Positions 28,749 through 38,916 of a stretch of DNA of 64,000 nt are shown here, piece after piece. The notes beneath the pieces are model-generated. The model was not told where the DNA came from and made no database searches. It was given only the letters and a program-made list of their open reading frames with translations. The position numbers and the translations under genes are program-made. The stretch covers positions 4,999 through 68,998 of the forward strand of contig JAAWNY010000001.1 in assembly GCA_022799175.1 (NCBI GenBank), given 5' to 3'. This DNA comes from Lachnospiraceae bacterium. GTDB lineage: Bacteria > Bacillota > Clostridia > Lachnospirales > Lachnospiraceae. Numbering within the stretch: position 1 is the first letter of the stretch; each line of letters begins with the position of its first letter.

Positions 28749-29552
28749 ATGAAATTTACAAAGATGCAGGGAATCGGAAATGATTATGTCTATGTGAATT
28801 GTTTTGAGGAAACGGTGACAGAGCCCGAACGGGTGGCGCGTCAAATTAGTGACCGACATTTTGGCGTGGGCTCTGACGGATTGATTTTGATTTGCCCTTC
28901 AAAGATTGCGGATTGTCGGATGCGGATGTTTAATGAGGACGGGAGCGAAGGGATGATGTGCGGCAATGGGATCCGTTGTGTGGGCAAATATGTGTATGAT
29001 CATAACATTGTGGATCGGTTGCATATTACAGTGGAGACGCTTGGCGGAATTAAGAAGCTTGAGATGACAGAAAAGGATGGGAAAGTGGAAGCTGTGCAGG
29101 TGGATATGGGGATACCTGTTCTGACAAGTGAACTCCCGGAGAAAATTGTGATAGAAGGGATAGAGCAAGAGTTTGTGGGGATTGATGTGGGGAATCCCCA
29201 TGCAGTGTATTTTTGGCCGGAGATCGATCATTTGGACTTGGAAAAGATTGGTCCTGGATATGAATGCCATACCCGGTTTCCGGATCGGGTAAATACAGAG
29301 TTTGTTCGTGTTATGGATCGGGAACATTTGCAGATGCGGGTATGGGAGCGGGGAAGTGGAGAGACCTGGGCTTGTGGTACTGGGGCAACAGCCTGTGCAG
29401 TGGCAGCGATTATGATGGGGCTGGCAGAGAACCAAGTGGAAGTGCAATTGAAGGGGGGATGCCTGCAGATCTGCTGGGATCCGCAAAGCGGCCATGTTTT
29501 TATGAAAGGGCCAGCTGTGGAAGTGTTCCAGGGAGAAATTGAGGTGGAATGA
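28749..29552 (+). CDS. dapF: Diaminopimelate epimerase
   Basis: FTKMQGIGNDY, MCGNGIRC, GNPH and ERGSGETWACGTGA motifs. Confidence 0.96.
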   Translation: MKFTKMQGIGNDYVYVNCFEETVTEPERVARQISDRHFGVGSDGLILICPSKIADCRMRMFNEDGSEGMMCGNGIRCVGKYVYDHNIVDRLHITVETLGGIKKLEMTEKDGKVEAVQVDMGIPVLTSELPEKIVIEGIEQEFVGIDVGNPHAVYFWPEIDHLDLEKIGPGYECHTRFPDRVNTEFVRVMDREHLQMRVWERGSGETWACGTGATACAVAAIMMGLAENQVEVQLKGGCLQICWDPQSGHVFMKGPAVEVFQGEIEVE

Positions 29553-29618
29553 AAATGTTCTACAAGTAAATAAAGTATGGGTTTAGGCAGCTTGAAAGGT
29601 CACCAAAATGGAGGGATT

Positions 29619-30065
29619 ATGGACAATATTGATAGAAGAATATTGAAATTATTACAGGAAAATGCCAGGATATCCTTGAAGACAATTGCAGAGAGCACAT
29701 TTCTTTCCTCACCAGCAGTATCAGCGCGAATTGAGAAGATGGAAAAGGATGAGGTGATTTCTGGTTATCATGCACAAGTAAATCCCGTTAAGCTTGGATA
29801 TCATATCATCGCATTTATAAATCTCAATGTGGTGCCAGAGGACAAGCCTAAATTTTATGATTATGCGGAGCATATCCCCAATGTGCTGGAATGTTGCTGT
29901 GTAACCGGAGAGTATTCCATGTTGATGAAAGTGGCATTTCAGAGTACTATGGAGTTAGATAACTTTATCGGTCAGCTGCAGAAGTTTGGTAAGACCAATA
30001 CGCAGATTGTTTTTTCCACTCATGTGGGACCAAGGGGAATGGGAGTGGAAGAGCAGGAATCATAG
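29619..30065 (+). CDS. Lrp/AsnC family regulator
   Basis: DNIDRRILKLLQENAR HTH; ECCCVTGEYS effector domain. Confidence 0.92.
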   Translation: MDNIDRRILKLLQENARISLKTIAESTFLSSPAVSARIEKMEKDEVISGYHAQVNPVKLGYHIIAFINLNVVPEDKPKFYDYAEHIPNVLECCCVTGEYSMLMKVAFQSTMELDNFIGQLQKFGKTNTQIVFSTHVGPRGMGVEEQES

Positions 30066-30155
30066 AGGGAAAGAATGACAAAGTGAGAACAGGCAACGGA
30101 CAGGCTTCTTTTACATACTGTACTAACAGAGCAGTGTGTGGAAGGAGTTTTTATT

Positions 30156-30935
30156 TTGGCAGAAACAAGACGTATTGTGATTGACGCAGGACATGGCGGT
30201 GATGAGCCAGGTGCTGTGTACCAGGGACGCCGGGAAAAAGACGATACTTTACGACTGGCGTTGGCAGTAGGAGAAATTTTGAGTAGAAATGGTATGGATG
30301 TGATGTATACACGAGTGACGGATGTTTACCAGACACCTTTAGAAAAAGCACAGATCGCCAACCGTTCGGGAGCAGATTATTTTTTGTCAATTCATCGGAA
30401 CGCCATGCCTGTGCCAGGCTCTGCTTCAGGAGCCCAAAGTCTAGTCTACGAGAACGAAGGGGTGGCGGGACTGATGGCTGAGAATATCAACCAGGCCATG
30501 ACGAAAACGGGATTTGCCGATCTGGGAGTAATCGAGCGGCCAGGGATTATCGTACTGCGCCGAACTCAGATGCCAGCTGTGTTGGTGGAAGCAGGGTTTT
30601 TGGATAATCCGGTAGATAATCAGAAGTTTGATCGTGATTTTTACCAGATAGCGCAGGCGATTGCAGACGGGATTTTAGAGACAGTGCGGGAAGAAGAAAA
30701 AGGACCGGAATATTATCAAATCCAAGTCGGAGCTTTTCCGGATCAAGAATCGGCAGAAAGATTAGAAAGGCAGCTTCGGGAACAGAATTTCCCGGCTTTT
30801 ATCGTTAAGGATGATGGAATGTATAAAGTACGAGCAGGAGCATTTTTGAATCTAGATAATGCAGCACGGATGGAACAAACGCTGCGCAATTATGGGTATC
30901 AGACCTATATGGTCAGAGAAGGGGAAAGAGAGTAG
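30156..30935 (+). CDS. N-acetylmuramoyl-L-alanine amidase with C-terminal SPOR repeats (CwlC-like)
   Basis: IDAGHGG, E, SIHRN and VLVEAGF motifs; YYQIQVGAF and YKVRAGAF SPOR half-repeats; TTG start after aaggag. Confidence 0.88.
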   Translation: MAETRRIVIDAGHGGDEPGAVYQGRREKDDTLRLALAVGEILSRNGMDVMYTRVTDVYQTPLEKAQIANRSGADYFLSIHRNAMPVPGSASGAQSLVYENEGVAGLMAENINQAMTKTGFADLGVIERPGIIVLRRTQMPAVLVEAGFLDNPVDNQKFDRDFYQIAQAIADGILETVREEEKGPEYYQIQVGAFPDQESAERLERQLREQNFPAFIVKDDGMYKVRAGAFLNLDNAARMEQTLRNYGYQTYMVREGERE

Positions 30936-31018
30936 CCGGGAAGTCTTGTAGGAATTTTCGGGTAAATGGCAATTGCTACCCTCAGTGCCTCTTTGTCCAC
31001 TGAGAGTAGCTTTGCCTG

Positions 31019-32461
31019 TTACATTTCGGGTACAGGGGTGGGGCGGTCAGGATCAAAAATATCTTCGGCACGAAAGAGATCGGAAAGTTTGCGTTCCCGT
31101 CCTTCACTTTCAGCAGTTATATCTTTCCACATCCGATAACCGTCAAGATTGCGGCGGCCCTGCCGCAGATAGTTATCGCCGATCTGAATCCAGTACTTGT
31201 TTGAGTCTACATTACAGAAATAGCGAAATCCGGCGTTATACAGATAGGCAAACCGTTCGTTCTCAAAGGTATAGGGATGCCAGTCGTTGATATCATTGCC
31301 AAAAGGATACAAAATGATGTCGACAGGACCAATCAGGCTGTCAACTTGTTCTTCCCATTTATCGGTATCTGCGCAGAAACGCTCCATCTCAATTTCACCC
31401 ATCATTAAATGTCCCCAGCTGTGGGAAGCCAGTTCCCAGCCATTGTCTTTCAGACACTGAGCGACGCGGGCGGCATCTTGCCGATCTTGTTCGTAGGTTT
31501 CGGAATTCGCGTACTTGTCAGCAGTCCGATAGCCAAGAATGCCTTCGTAGCCAGTGAAAGCAATCACTGCTCGGGCGCCTTTGTAGGAAAAGTCCGGATG
31601 CTCTTGAATAAAATCTTCTAATATTGGGACAAGATCATAGGAACCAACTAGGGTAGTGTTTTCATCAATCTTCATCTCACAAGTGGGCTTTCCGTCTTCT
31701 CCCACGATCATGCGGGTGGCAAATCCATCGTCATGCATATAAGGATAGTAGCAAACATCATCTTGAGACATGACGAAAGGAATCTTTCCTTCTGGCAAAA
31801 GGATGGTGCCCGGTTTCATAACAGAATTGCCATTTTCATCCGTGGTTTCATAAGCTAAATCATGCATACGGACTAGGACATACCCTTTGTCATACATGGT
31901 CTGAAGAATTTTTTCGAATTCACGGGCAGTGGTCATGACCTGGTTGTAACCATTCATATCATCATCACCATCGAAAGCTTTGCTGTTATCCATGACAAGT
32001 GAATGAAAAAATATATGAGTGACTTCACCAATTTTAGCTTTAACCAGAGAGGCGCGAGTGGCTTCATAAGAAGCAATTGCTTCTGTTACAGATGGTTCGG
32101 AGGCAAATTCACTGGATTGCAACAGCTCAATCGCACGATCGTAGTCATAGCCAGCAGCAATGGTATCAGCCTCAGCTAGCAATTGGCCAACCGGAGAATC
32201 GACGATGATTACCGCATCTGGATTGTTCTCTGCATTTGTGCTATCCGGGGATGGAACTTCAATAATAATCGGAGCTTTGGTGGCATCCGTAGGAGAATGT
32301 CCTTGTTTTTTCTGAAAAAAGAAGGCGCCGGTAACACAGATACCAGCCAATAGAAAACAGCTGACTGCAATAATCAGCCGTTGTCGCTTCTGGTGTCGCA
32401 TTCGATGCTGAATCCAGAGGTGATTTGAGTCATAGTTATATCTGTTCATATCGAACTCCAT
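31019..32461 (-). CDS. Membrane-anchored polysaccharide deacetylase family protein
   Basis: Single TM segment; FFHSL, MSQDD, LASHSWGH and LYPFG NodB-like motifs. Confidence 0.75.
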   Translation of the reverse strand: MEFDMNRYNYDSNHLWIQHRMRHQKRQRLIIAVSCFLLAGICVTGAFFFQKKQGHSPTDATKAPIIIEVPSPDSTNAENNPDAVIIVDSPVGQLLAEADTIAAGYDYDRAIELLQSSEFASEPSVTEAIASYEATRASLVKAKIGEVTHIFFHSLVMDNSKAFDGDDDMNGYNQVMTTAREFEKILQTMYDKGYVLVRMHDLAYETTDENGNSVMKPGTILLPEGKIPFVMSQDDVCYYPYMHDDGFATRMIVGEDGKPTCEMKIDENTTLVGSYDLVPILEDFIQEHPDFSYKGARAVIAFTGYEGILGYRTADKYANSETYEQDRQDAARVAQCLKDNGWELASHSWGHLMMGEIEMERFCADTDKWEEQVDSLIGPVDIILYPFGNDINDWHPYTFENERFAYLYNAGFRYFCNVDSNKYWIQIGDNYLRQGRRNLDGYRMWKDITAESEGRERKLSDLFRAEDIFDPDRPTPVPEM

Positions 32462-32560
32462 TGATAAAATATTAGGTTTGAAATTTGCATTGGAAAATAT
32501 CGGATATCAGGTTTATTATTGCCCTGGAATAGGCTAAATATATACTTCCTATATAATATA

Positions 32561-32589
32561 ACATAGAATTGTAAAAATAGCCATACATT
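32561..32589 (+). promoter_or_regulatory. Sigma-E/K-like sporulation promoter
   Basis: ACATAGA-14 bp-CATACATT matches the B. subtilis SigE consensus. Confidence 0.5.
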
Positions 32590-32619
32590 AATATATAGCA
32601 GAATGAACTGAGGGACGAT

Positions 32620-33927
32620 ATGAAGAGGATATTGATTGCATTATGTACAGGAAGTTTATTATTAACTCCGCCAGAAATGACTGGTTCGGAACCGGTAATT
32701 CTGGGGAATTTTCAGGAAGAAGGGGTGGAGACATCTGTCGAAGGTACTGCTGTGAAAGCAGAGAATCCGGCGGCGGGGGTGGAGGAACCGGGGGCCAGAA
32801 CAGAAAGTCCGGTTGCTGGTCCGGAGATTGCGGCTCCCAGTGCGGTTCTCATGGAAGCTTCCACAGGTAAAGTGATTTATGAAAAAGATGCGGATAAGCA
32901 ACGGCGTCCGGCCAGCATTACCAAGATTATGACGCTGATTTTAATTTTTGATGCGATTGATTCGGGCAAGATTAAAATGACAGATGAGGTGGTGACTAGT
33001 GCTTATGCGAAGTCCATGGGAGGATCGCAGGTGTTTTTGGAAGAAGGAGAGATTCAGACAGTAGAAACCATGATCAAGTGCATCGTGATTGCTTCTGGCA
33101 ATGATGCTTCGGTGGCTATGGCAGAATATATAGCAGGAACAGAAGGCGAATTTGTAAAGCAGATGAATGAACGGGCGGCTGGCCTGGGTATGACAGGAAC
33201 ACATTTTGAGGATTGCTGTGGTCTGACAGATTCGGCAACCCATGTGACAACAGCCAGAGACATTGCTATTATGTCACGAGAATTGATCACGAAATATCCA
33301 CAAATACATAATTATTCTACAATCTGGATGGAAAATATCACCCATGTGACAAAACAGGGAACAAAAGAATTTGGATTATCCAACACCAATAAGCTTTTGA
33401 AAATGGCAACGAATTTTCAGGTGACGGGACTGAAGACGGGGTCTACTTCATTGGCAAAATATTGTCTGTCAGCTACGGCAGAGAAAGATGGTGTACGGCT
33501 GATTGCTTCGATCATGGCGGCACCGGACTATAAGGCTCGTTTTGCTGATGCGCAGACGTTGCTCAATTATGGGTATGCCAACTGTAAGCTGTATGAGGAT
33601 CATGAGATGCCGCTTCTTCCCGAGTTGCCAGTACAAAATGGGGTGGCAGAGAGTGTTCCCTTAAAATATCGGAGTGGATTTTCTTATCTGGGAGTTGATG
33701 GTGAAGATTTCCAGACAATAGAAAAAAAACTGATGTTGCCGGAATCTCTAGAGGCGCCGGTAATGCCCGGGGATACCGTAGGGGTGCTACGGTATGAATT
33801 GGGAGGCAAAGCACTTGGTGAGGTGGAGATTTTATCCGACGGCCAGGTGGAAAAAGCCGGTTATCAGGATTATTTAAAAAAAGTGATACGAGCGTGGATG
33901 ATGGCGCATCAACTCAGCATTCCATAA
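32620..33927 (+). CDS. D-alanyl-D-alanine carboxypeptidase (DacF-like, peptidase S11)
   Basis: ASITK (SxxK), SGN (SxN) and KTG motifs; GGSQVFLEEGE; C-terminal PBP5 domain. Confidence 0.9.
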   Translation: MKRILIALCTGSLLLTPPEMTGSEPVILGNFQEEGVETSVEGTAVKAENPAAGVEEPGARTESPVAGPEIAAPSAVLMEASTGKVIYEKDADKQRRPASITKIMTLILIFDAIDSGKIKMTDEVVTSAYAKSMGGSQVFLEEGEIQTVETMIKCIVIASGNDASVAMAEYIAGTEGEFVKQMNERAAGLGMTGTHFEDCCGLTDSATHVTTARDIAIMSRELITKYPQIHNYSTIWMENITHVTKQGTKEFGLSNTNKLLKMATNFQVTGLKTGSTSLAKYCLSATAEKDGVRLIASIMAAPDYKARFADAQTLLNYGYANCKLYEDHEMPLLPELPVQNGVAESVPLKYRSGFSYLGVDGEDFQTIEKKLMLPESLEAPVMPGDTVGVLRYELGGKALGEVEILSDGQVEKAGYQDYLKKVIRAWMMAHQLSIP

Positions 33928-35233
33928 TTATTTTTCGATTGACAATCAGACAAATGATGCTTAAAACGAATACTATGCTTTCCGTTAAGGGAAACGCCAG
34001 CCATACGCCAGTCATTCCGGCCAGAACAGACAATAAAAATGCGACCGGAATAATCAGGGCAAAGCCTCTGGCAATAGAGATGAATTGTGCCGGTAAAGCC
34101 TGGTCTGTGGAGGTGAAAAAGAGAGACAGTACAATATTAATTCCGGCGAAAGGGATAGCAGTAAAATATAGTTTCAGACCAGGAACAGCAATTTGCTGTA
34201 GCAAGGAATTTTTCTCGCTGTTAAAAATATAAACAATAGGGGAGGCAAAAGAAAAAAGAACTATATATATAACAGCAGAAAGGGCCAATACACTGAGCAG
34301 ACCATATTGCAGTAGCTGACAGATATATTTTTTGTCTCCTTTTCCATATGCCTGGCTGGCCAGGGGCTGCATTCCTTGAGCAATTCCTGTATAGATAGCG
34401 ATGATAACCAGTGAGAGATTGGCGATTACTCCGTAAGCGGCTACTCCCATATTGCCAGTCAGTCCCAACAGGATAATGTTAAAAACAATAATCACGAATC
34501 CGGAAGACATCTCCGTAATCAGAGAGGGGAAACCAAGATCAAAGCCGGCCAGAATGGTTTTCATATGAAGTTTTTCGTTCCGAATATGAAAACCATTCTG
34601 TTTTTTTATCCAGTGTGTAGACAGGATGGACATGCCAACGATAGGGGCGGCGCCAGTGGCCAACACAGCACCCAGAATTCCCAGATGTAAGGGAAAGATA
34701 AAAACGTAATCCAAAATAATGTTAGATAAGCTTCCCAGAAGCATAGAAAGCATGGCCAGACGAGGATTGTGATCGTTTCTGACAAAACAGGTTAAAAGAT
34801 CGTTTATCATAAAAGCGGGGGCAAACAACATAAGCACCTGCAGATAGGTGCGTGTCATGTTCATGGTTTCTGTGTCGGCGCCGAGAAGCCGTGTTAGGAT
34901 ATCAGACAGGAACAGTCCTGCCAGAACAAACAATCCGGCAGCAGCCAATGTTATCCAAAGCATGTGGGTAAAAATTTGATCGCATTTATCCTGTGCTTTT
35001 TGTCCGCGAAAGATAGAGTACCAGGTAGCGCCCCCCATTCCCAGCATCAACCCGCAGCCATGGATGAAACTAAAAACAGGAATAGCCAGGTTTAAGGCGG
35101 CCAGACCGGCGGTTCCCAGACCTTTGGAGACAAAAAAGGTGTCTGCCAGGATGTAACAGGAAAGGCCGATCATTCCAGTGATATTTAAAATAGTGTATTT
35201 CAAAAACTCCTTGAGGCAGGATTGCGGATGCAT
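33914..35233 (-). CDS. MATE-family efflux transporter (MepA-like), riboswitch-controlled
   Basis: 12-TM pattern; NIILDYVFIF and GIAQGMQP motifs; likely ATG at 35233. Confidence 0.9.
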   Translation of the reverse strand: MHPQSCLKEFLKYTILNITGMIGLSCYILADTFFVSKGLGTAGLAALNLAIPVFSFIHGCGLMLGMGGATWYSIFRGQKAQDKCDQIFTHMLWITLAAAGLFVLAGLFLSDILTRLLGADTETMNMTRTYLQVLMLFAPAFMINDLLTCFVRNDHNPRLAMLSMLLGSLSNIILDYVFIFPLHLGILGAVLATGAAPIVGMSILSTHWIKKQNGFHIRNEKLHMKTILAGFDLGFPSLITEMSSGFVIIVFNIILLGLTGNMGVAAYGVIANLSLVIIAIYTGIAQGMQPLASQAYGKGDKKYICQLLQYGLLSVLALSAVIYIVLFSFASPIVYIFNSEKNSLLQQIAVPGLKLYFTAIPFAGINIVLSLFFTSTDQALPAQFISIARGFALIIPVAFLLSVLAGMTGVWLAFPLTESIVFVLSIICLIVNRKIIMEC

Positions 35234-35280
35234 AAGGATTCCTCCGAAAAATAGTGGGATGGGTATCATAATAAAAAAGG

Positions 35281-35375
35281 TGAAAACAAAACAATAAGCG
35301 TCAGGCTTTCTATCTTCTAAGACCTAATGATAGAAAGTCTGACGCTTCATTCCTTACCCGGTGGCAAGAAACAGC
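35281..35375 (-). ncRNA. Probable guanidine-IV (mepA/GGAM-1) riboswitch
   Basis: Minus strand: P1 CUUG-CCACCGGG-UAAG, then a 19-bp terminator stem whose loop carries GGU, then a U-rich tail, upstream of a MATE gene. Confidence 0.75.
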
Positions 35376-35394
35376 CGATTAAAATCTGATTTTC

Positions 35395-35423
35395 ATTCTA
35401 TCACAACCGAGAAGTGGTGTCAA
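35395..35423 (-). promoter_or_regulatory. Sigma-A promoter driving the riboswitch and MATE gene
   Basis: TTGACA-17 bp-TAGAAT. Confidence 0.85.
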
Positions 35424-35508
35424 CTAAATTCTGATGGGGATCCTCTTGCGAAAAAGAGACTTATAAGCTAAAATACCCTCAGCAAATGAAAAATGAGAGG
35501 AAGCAGAT

Positions 35509-36300
35509 ATGAAAAGAAAAGCGTTGTTTTTTGATGTGGACGGAACTTTGCTGAGTGAAATCACTCACAAGATTCCGGGGAGTGCCCTGGAGGCTCTGGC
35601 AGCTTCCCGAAGAGCTGGAAATCTGGTATTTATTAATTCTGGACGGACGTATTCGTTTTTGAATGATATTGAAGCAATGGTGGAATGCGACGGACTCTTG
35701 TGTGGTTGCGGTACTTGTGTAGTGGAACAAGGAACGGTGATTTTTCAAAAGCGAATAGAACGAGAGCGAGGGTGGCAAATCCGTAAAGCTATGGTGGGAT
35801 ATGGTTTTGATGGAATCTTAGAAAGTACAGAGCGTCTGGTTGTACGAAAAGAGCGCTCTTGGATAACTGCCATGAACCGGTTGCGGGACAGAATTGCCGG
35901 ACAAAATTTTTTATCCGAAGAGCTTTGGGAGGAGGAAAATCTGGAATTTGATAAATTCTGCGTTTTTGCAGATAAAAACAGCGACAGAGAAGGATTCTTT
36001 CGGTTTTTGTCGCCAGATATTGAAGTAATAGACAGGGGAAACGATTTTTATGAATGTGTTCCGGCAGGCTTTACCAAGGCGACAGCGATTGCCTGGGTGC
36101 TAAAGCATCACGGGATTGAGAAAACGAATGCCTATGTATTTGGGGACAGCAGCAACGATTTAACTATGTTTGAATATGCAGAGAATGCTGTTTTAATGGG
36201 GCGTCATGATAAGGTGTTGGAGCCATATGCCACTTTTGTGACAAAGTCCGTGGAAGAGGATGGAATTGCCTGGGCGATGCAAGAGCTGGGCTTGGTTTGA
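35509..36300 (+). CDS. Cof-type HAD-IIB hydrolase
   Basis: FFDVDGTL, NSGR, K and FGDSSND motifs; promoter TTGCGA-17-TAAAAT at 35446-35474. Confidence 0.92.
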   Translation: MKRKALFFDVDGTLLSEITHKIPGSALEALAASRRAGNLVFINSGRTYSFLNDIEAMVECDGLLCGCGTCVVEQGTVIFQKRIERERGWQIRKAMVGYGFDGILESTERLVVRKERSWITAMNRLRDRIAGQNFLSEELWEEENLEFDKFCVFADKNSDREGFFRFLSPDIEVIDRGNDFYECVPAGFTKATAIAWVLKHHGIEKTNAYVFGDSSNDLTMFEYAENAVLMGRHDKVLEPYATFVTKSVEEDGIAWAMQELGLV

Positions 36301-36373
36301 GAGAAAATCTTGTCATCCATGGGGGAACATGATAGAATGATTTTTATATCGATTGATGTCAGGAGGTTTTGCT

Positions 36374-37756
36374 ATGGAAAATAACAAGCAAGAACAAAAC
36401 CAAAAGGCGGATTTGTTTGAAAGTATTCCTATCCCACAGGCAGTGGCAAAGCTAGCGATTCCTACGATTTTGAGTTCTCTGGTAATGGTGATTTATAATA
36501 TGGCAGATACGTATTTTGTAGGGATGATCAACGATCCGATACAAAATGCGGCGGTTGCCTTAGCCTCTCCGGTGCTTCTGGCTTTTAATGCGGTTAATAA
36601 TCTGTTCGGTGTGGGTACTTCTAGTATGATGAGCCGTGCTTTGGGAAGGAAGGATTATGAAACGGTTCGCCGAAGCTCTGCGTTTGGTTTTTATTGTGCG
36701 CTTTTTAGTGGTATTTTCTTTTCTTTTTTGTGCCTGGTATTTCGTCAGCCGTTGTTGATGCTTTTGGGGGCAGATGGAAATACAATAGTCGCAACCGGGG
36801 AGTATCTCCATTGGACGGTCATATGTGGAGCTGCTCCGGCTATTCTTAATGTGGTTCTAGCCTATATGGTGCGTTCCGAAGGGGCTTCTCTGCATTCCAG
36901 TGTGGGGACCATGAGTGGTTGTATTCTGAATATTATTTTGGATCCGATTTTTATTCTGCCGCAGGGATTGAATATGGGAGCTGCTGGCGCAGGATTGGCG
37001 ACTTTTTTGTCTAATTGTGTGGCTTGTTTGTATTTCTTTGTTCTGTTGTATGCAAAACGAAAGACGACCTTTGTCTGTATCCTGCCACATAAATTCCGTT
37101 TTCAGACGGCGATTGTTCTGGGAATTTGTGGAGTGGGGATACCGGCATCCATTCAGAACCTGCTGAATGTGACAGGAATGACTATTCTCAACAACTTTAC
37201 TTCTTCCTATGGCGCTGACGCGGTGGCAGCTATGGGAATTACACAAAAGATCAATATGGTGCCGATGCAGGTGGCATTGGGCTTTTCTCAGGGAATTATG
37301 CCATTGATCAGTTATAATTATGCCAGTGGGAATATCAGGCGGATGAAGGAGAGTATTTTCTTTGTGGTAAAGCTTATGGTCCCTTCTTTAGTCGTGGTAA
37401 GTTTGTTTTACTATATCGGGGCGGGGGCTCTAATTGGGGCATTTATGAAGAATGAGGCGATTATTGCTTACGGAACCAGATTTCTGAGAGGATTCTGTCT
37501 GGGAATTCCTTTTATTTGTATAGATTTTCTGGCAGTAGGGGTGTTTCAGGCAATCGGGCTGGGGAAAGCGGCGTTGATGTTTGCTCTGCTAAGAAAGATT
37601 GCTTTGGAGATTCCGGCATTGTATGTGTTGAATTTTCTGTTTCCTCTTTATGGATTGGTTTATGCTCAGTTTACAGCGGAGTTTGTGCTGGCAGTAGTAG
37701 CAGTCATTATGTTAGGGTGGATTTTCAATAAGTTACAGAAGGGAGAACGGTTATAG
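36374..37756 (+). CDS. MATE-family efflux transporter (MepA-like)
   Basis: YNMADTYFVG, NIILDPIFI and GFSQGIMP motifs; promoter TTGTCA-17-TAGAAT at 36310-36338. Confidence 0.92.
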   Translation: MENNKQEQNQKADLFESIPIPQAVAKLAIPTILSSLVMVIYNMADTYFVGMINDPIQNAAVALASPVLLAFNAVNNLFGVGTSSMMSRALGRKDYETVRRSSAFGFYCALFSGIFFSFLCLVFRQPLLMLLGADGNTIVATGEYLHWTVICGAAPAILNVVLAYMVRSEGASLHSSVGTMSGCILNIILDPIFILPQGLNMGAAGAGLATFLSNCVACLYFFVLLYAKRKTTFVCILPHKFRFQTAIVLGICGVGIPASIQNLLNVTGMTILNNFTSSYGADAVAAMGITQKINMVPMQVALGFSQGIMPLISYNYASGNIRRMKESIFFVVKLMVPSLVVVSLFYYIGAGALIGAFMKNEAIIAYGTRFLRGFCLGIPFICIDFLAVGVFQAIGLGKAALMFALLRKIALEIPALYVLNFLFPLYGLVYAQFTAEFVLAVVAVIMLGWIFNKLQKGERL

Positions 37757-37758
37757 AT

Positions 37759-38811
37759 ATGAATATTACAAATAGAAAGCTTTTCTTTGCCAGTGATTAT
37801 ATGGAGGGTGCACATCCCAATATTATAAAGAGGCTGGTGGATACCAATCTGGTGAAGTCAACCGGTTATGGCACGGATGAGTTTTCGGAATCAGCAAAGG
37901 AAAGAATCCGGAAAGCGTGCAGTTGCCCGGAGGCAGAGATTTATTTTCTAGTGGGAGGAACACAGACAAATGCTACCGTAATCGATGCCTTGTTGCCGAT
38001 CTATCAGGGGGTAATCGCGCCGGATACCGGGCATATCAGTTTGCATGAAGCGGGAGCGATTGAGGCTAGTGGACATAAAGTACTAGTTTTGCCACATACA
38101 TTGGGAAAGATTTCAGCCAGGCAGATAGAGAAGATGATGAAAGAATATGAGGACGATCGCAACCATGAACATATGGTGATGCCAGGCATGGTATATTTGT
38201 CCCAGCCCACAGAATACGGAACTTTGTATACCTTACAGGAGTTGCAGGAGATCAGTCAGGTATGTCGGAAAAATAAAATTCCACTGTATCTGGACGGGGC
38301 AAGACTGGCCTATGGATTGGCCTGTCCGCAAAATGATGTAACGTTAAAGGATATTGCCAAATTGTGTGATGTGTTTTATATTGGTGGTACGAAATGCGGC
38401 GCTTTATTTGGTGAAGCTGTGGTAATTCCACAAAAGGGTAGAATTCCTGGATTCTTCACAATCATCAAGCAGCATGGTGCGTTGATGGCCAAAGGAAGAC
38501 TGCTGGGCCTGCAGTTTGAAGAGTTGTTTACCAAGGATCTATATGAGCATATTGGTGAATCTGCAATTGTTTTTGCCAACGAAATCAGGGAAGCATGGAA
38601 GCAATGTGGCTATCGGCTTTATTTTGAGAACCCTACCAATCAGGTGTTCTGTGTTGTTGAAAATTCCAAGTTGCCAAAACTGGCTGAGAGAGTTGAGTTT
38701 GGATTTTGGGAAAAATGTGAGGAAAGTCATACGATTATCCGATTGGCAACCAGCTGGGCAACCACGGAATTGGATGTAAAAGAACTGATTCGATTTTTAT
38801 CTACTTTATAA
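37759..38811 (+). CDS. Low-specificity L-threonine aldolase (PLP)
   Basis: FASDY, GYGTD, GGTQTN, LDGARL and GGTK motifs. Confidence 0.88.
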   Translation: MNITNRKLFFASDYMEGAHPNIIKRLVDTNLVKSTGYGTDEFSESAKERIRKACSCPEAEIYFLVGGTQTNATVIDALLPIYQGVIAPDTGHISLHEAGAIEASGHKVLVLPHTLGKISARQIEKMMKEYEDDRNHEHMVMPGMVYLSQPTEYGTLYTLQELQEISQVCRKNKIPLYLDGARLAYGLACPQNDVTLKDIAKLCDVFYIGGTKCGALFGEAVVIPQKGRIPGFFTIIKQHGALMAKGRLLGLQFEELFTKDLYEHIGESAIVFANEIREAWKQCGYRLYFENPTNQVFCVVENSKLPKLAERVEFGFWEKCEESHTIIRLATSWATTELDVKELIRFLSTL

Positions 38812-38891
38812 AAGAGATTGCTGCCACAAGGCAATCGCATTACCAAACAAACATGATTTTGGTTTGCGATTGGATATGTGGCAGCTCTTTT
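38810..38891. terminator. Long imperfect hairpin / bidirectional terminator between convergent genes
   Basis: AAAAGAG..GCTGCCACA..CAATCGCA..ACCAAA paired with TTTGGT..TGCGATTG..TGTGGCAGC TCTTTT. Confidence 0.7.
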
Positions 38892-38916
38892 TGCGTTCAG
38901 TCAGGTCAAGGTGTAT

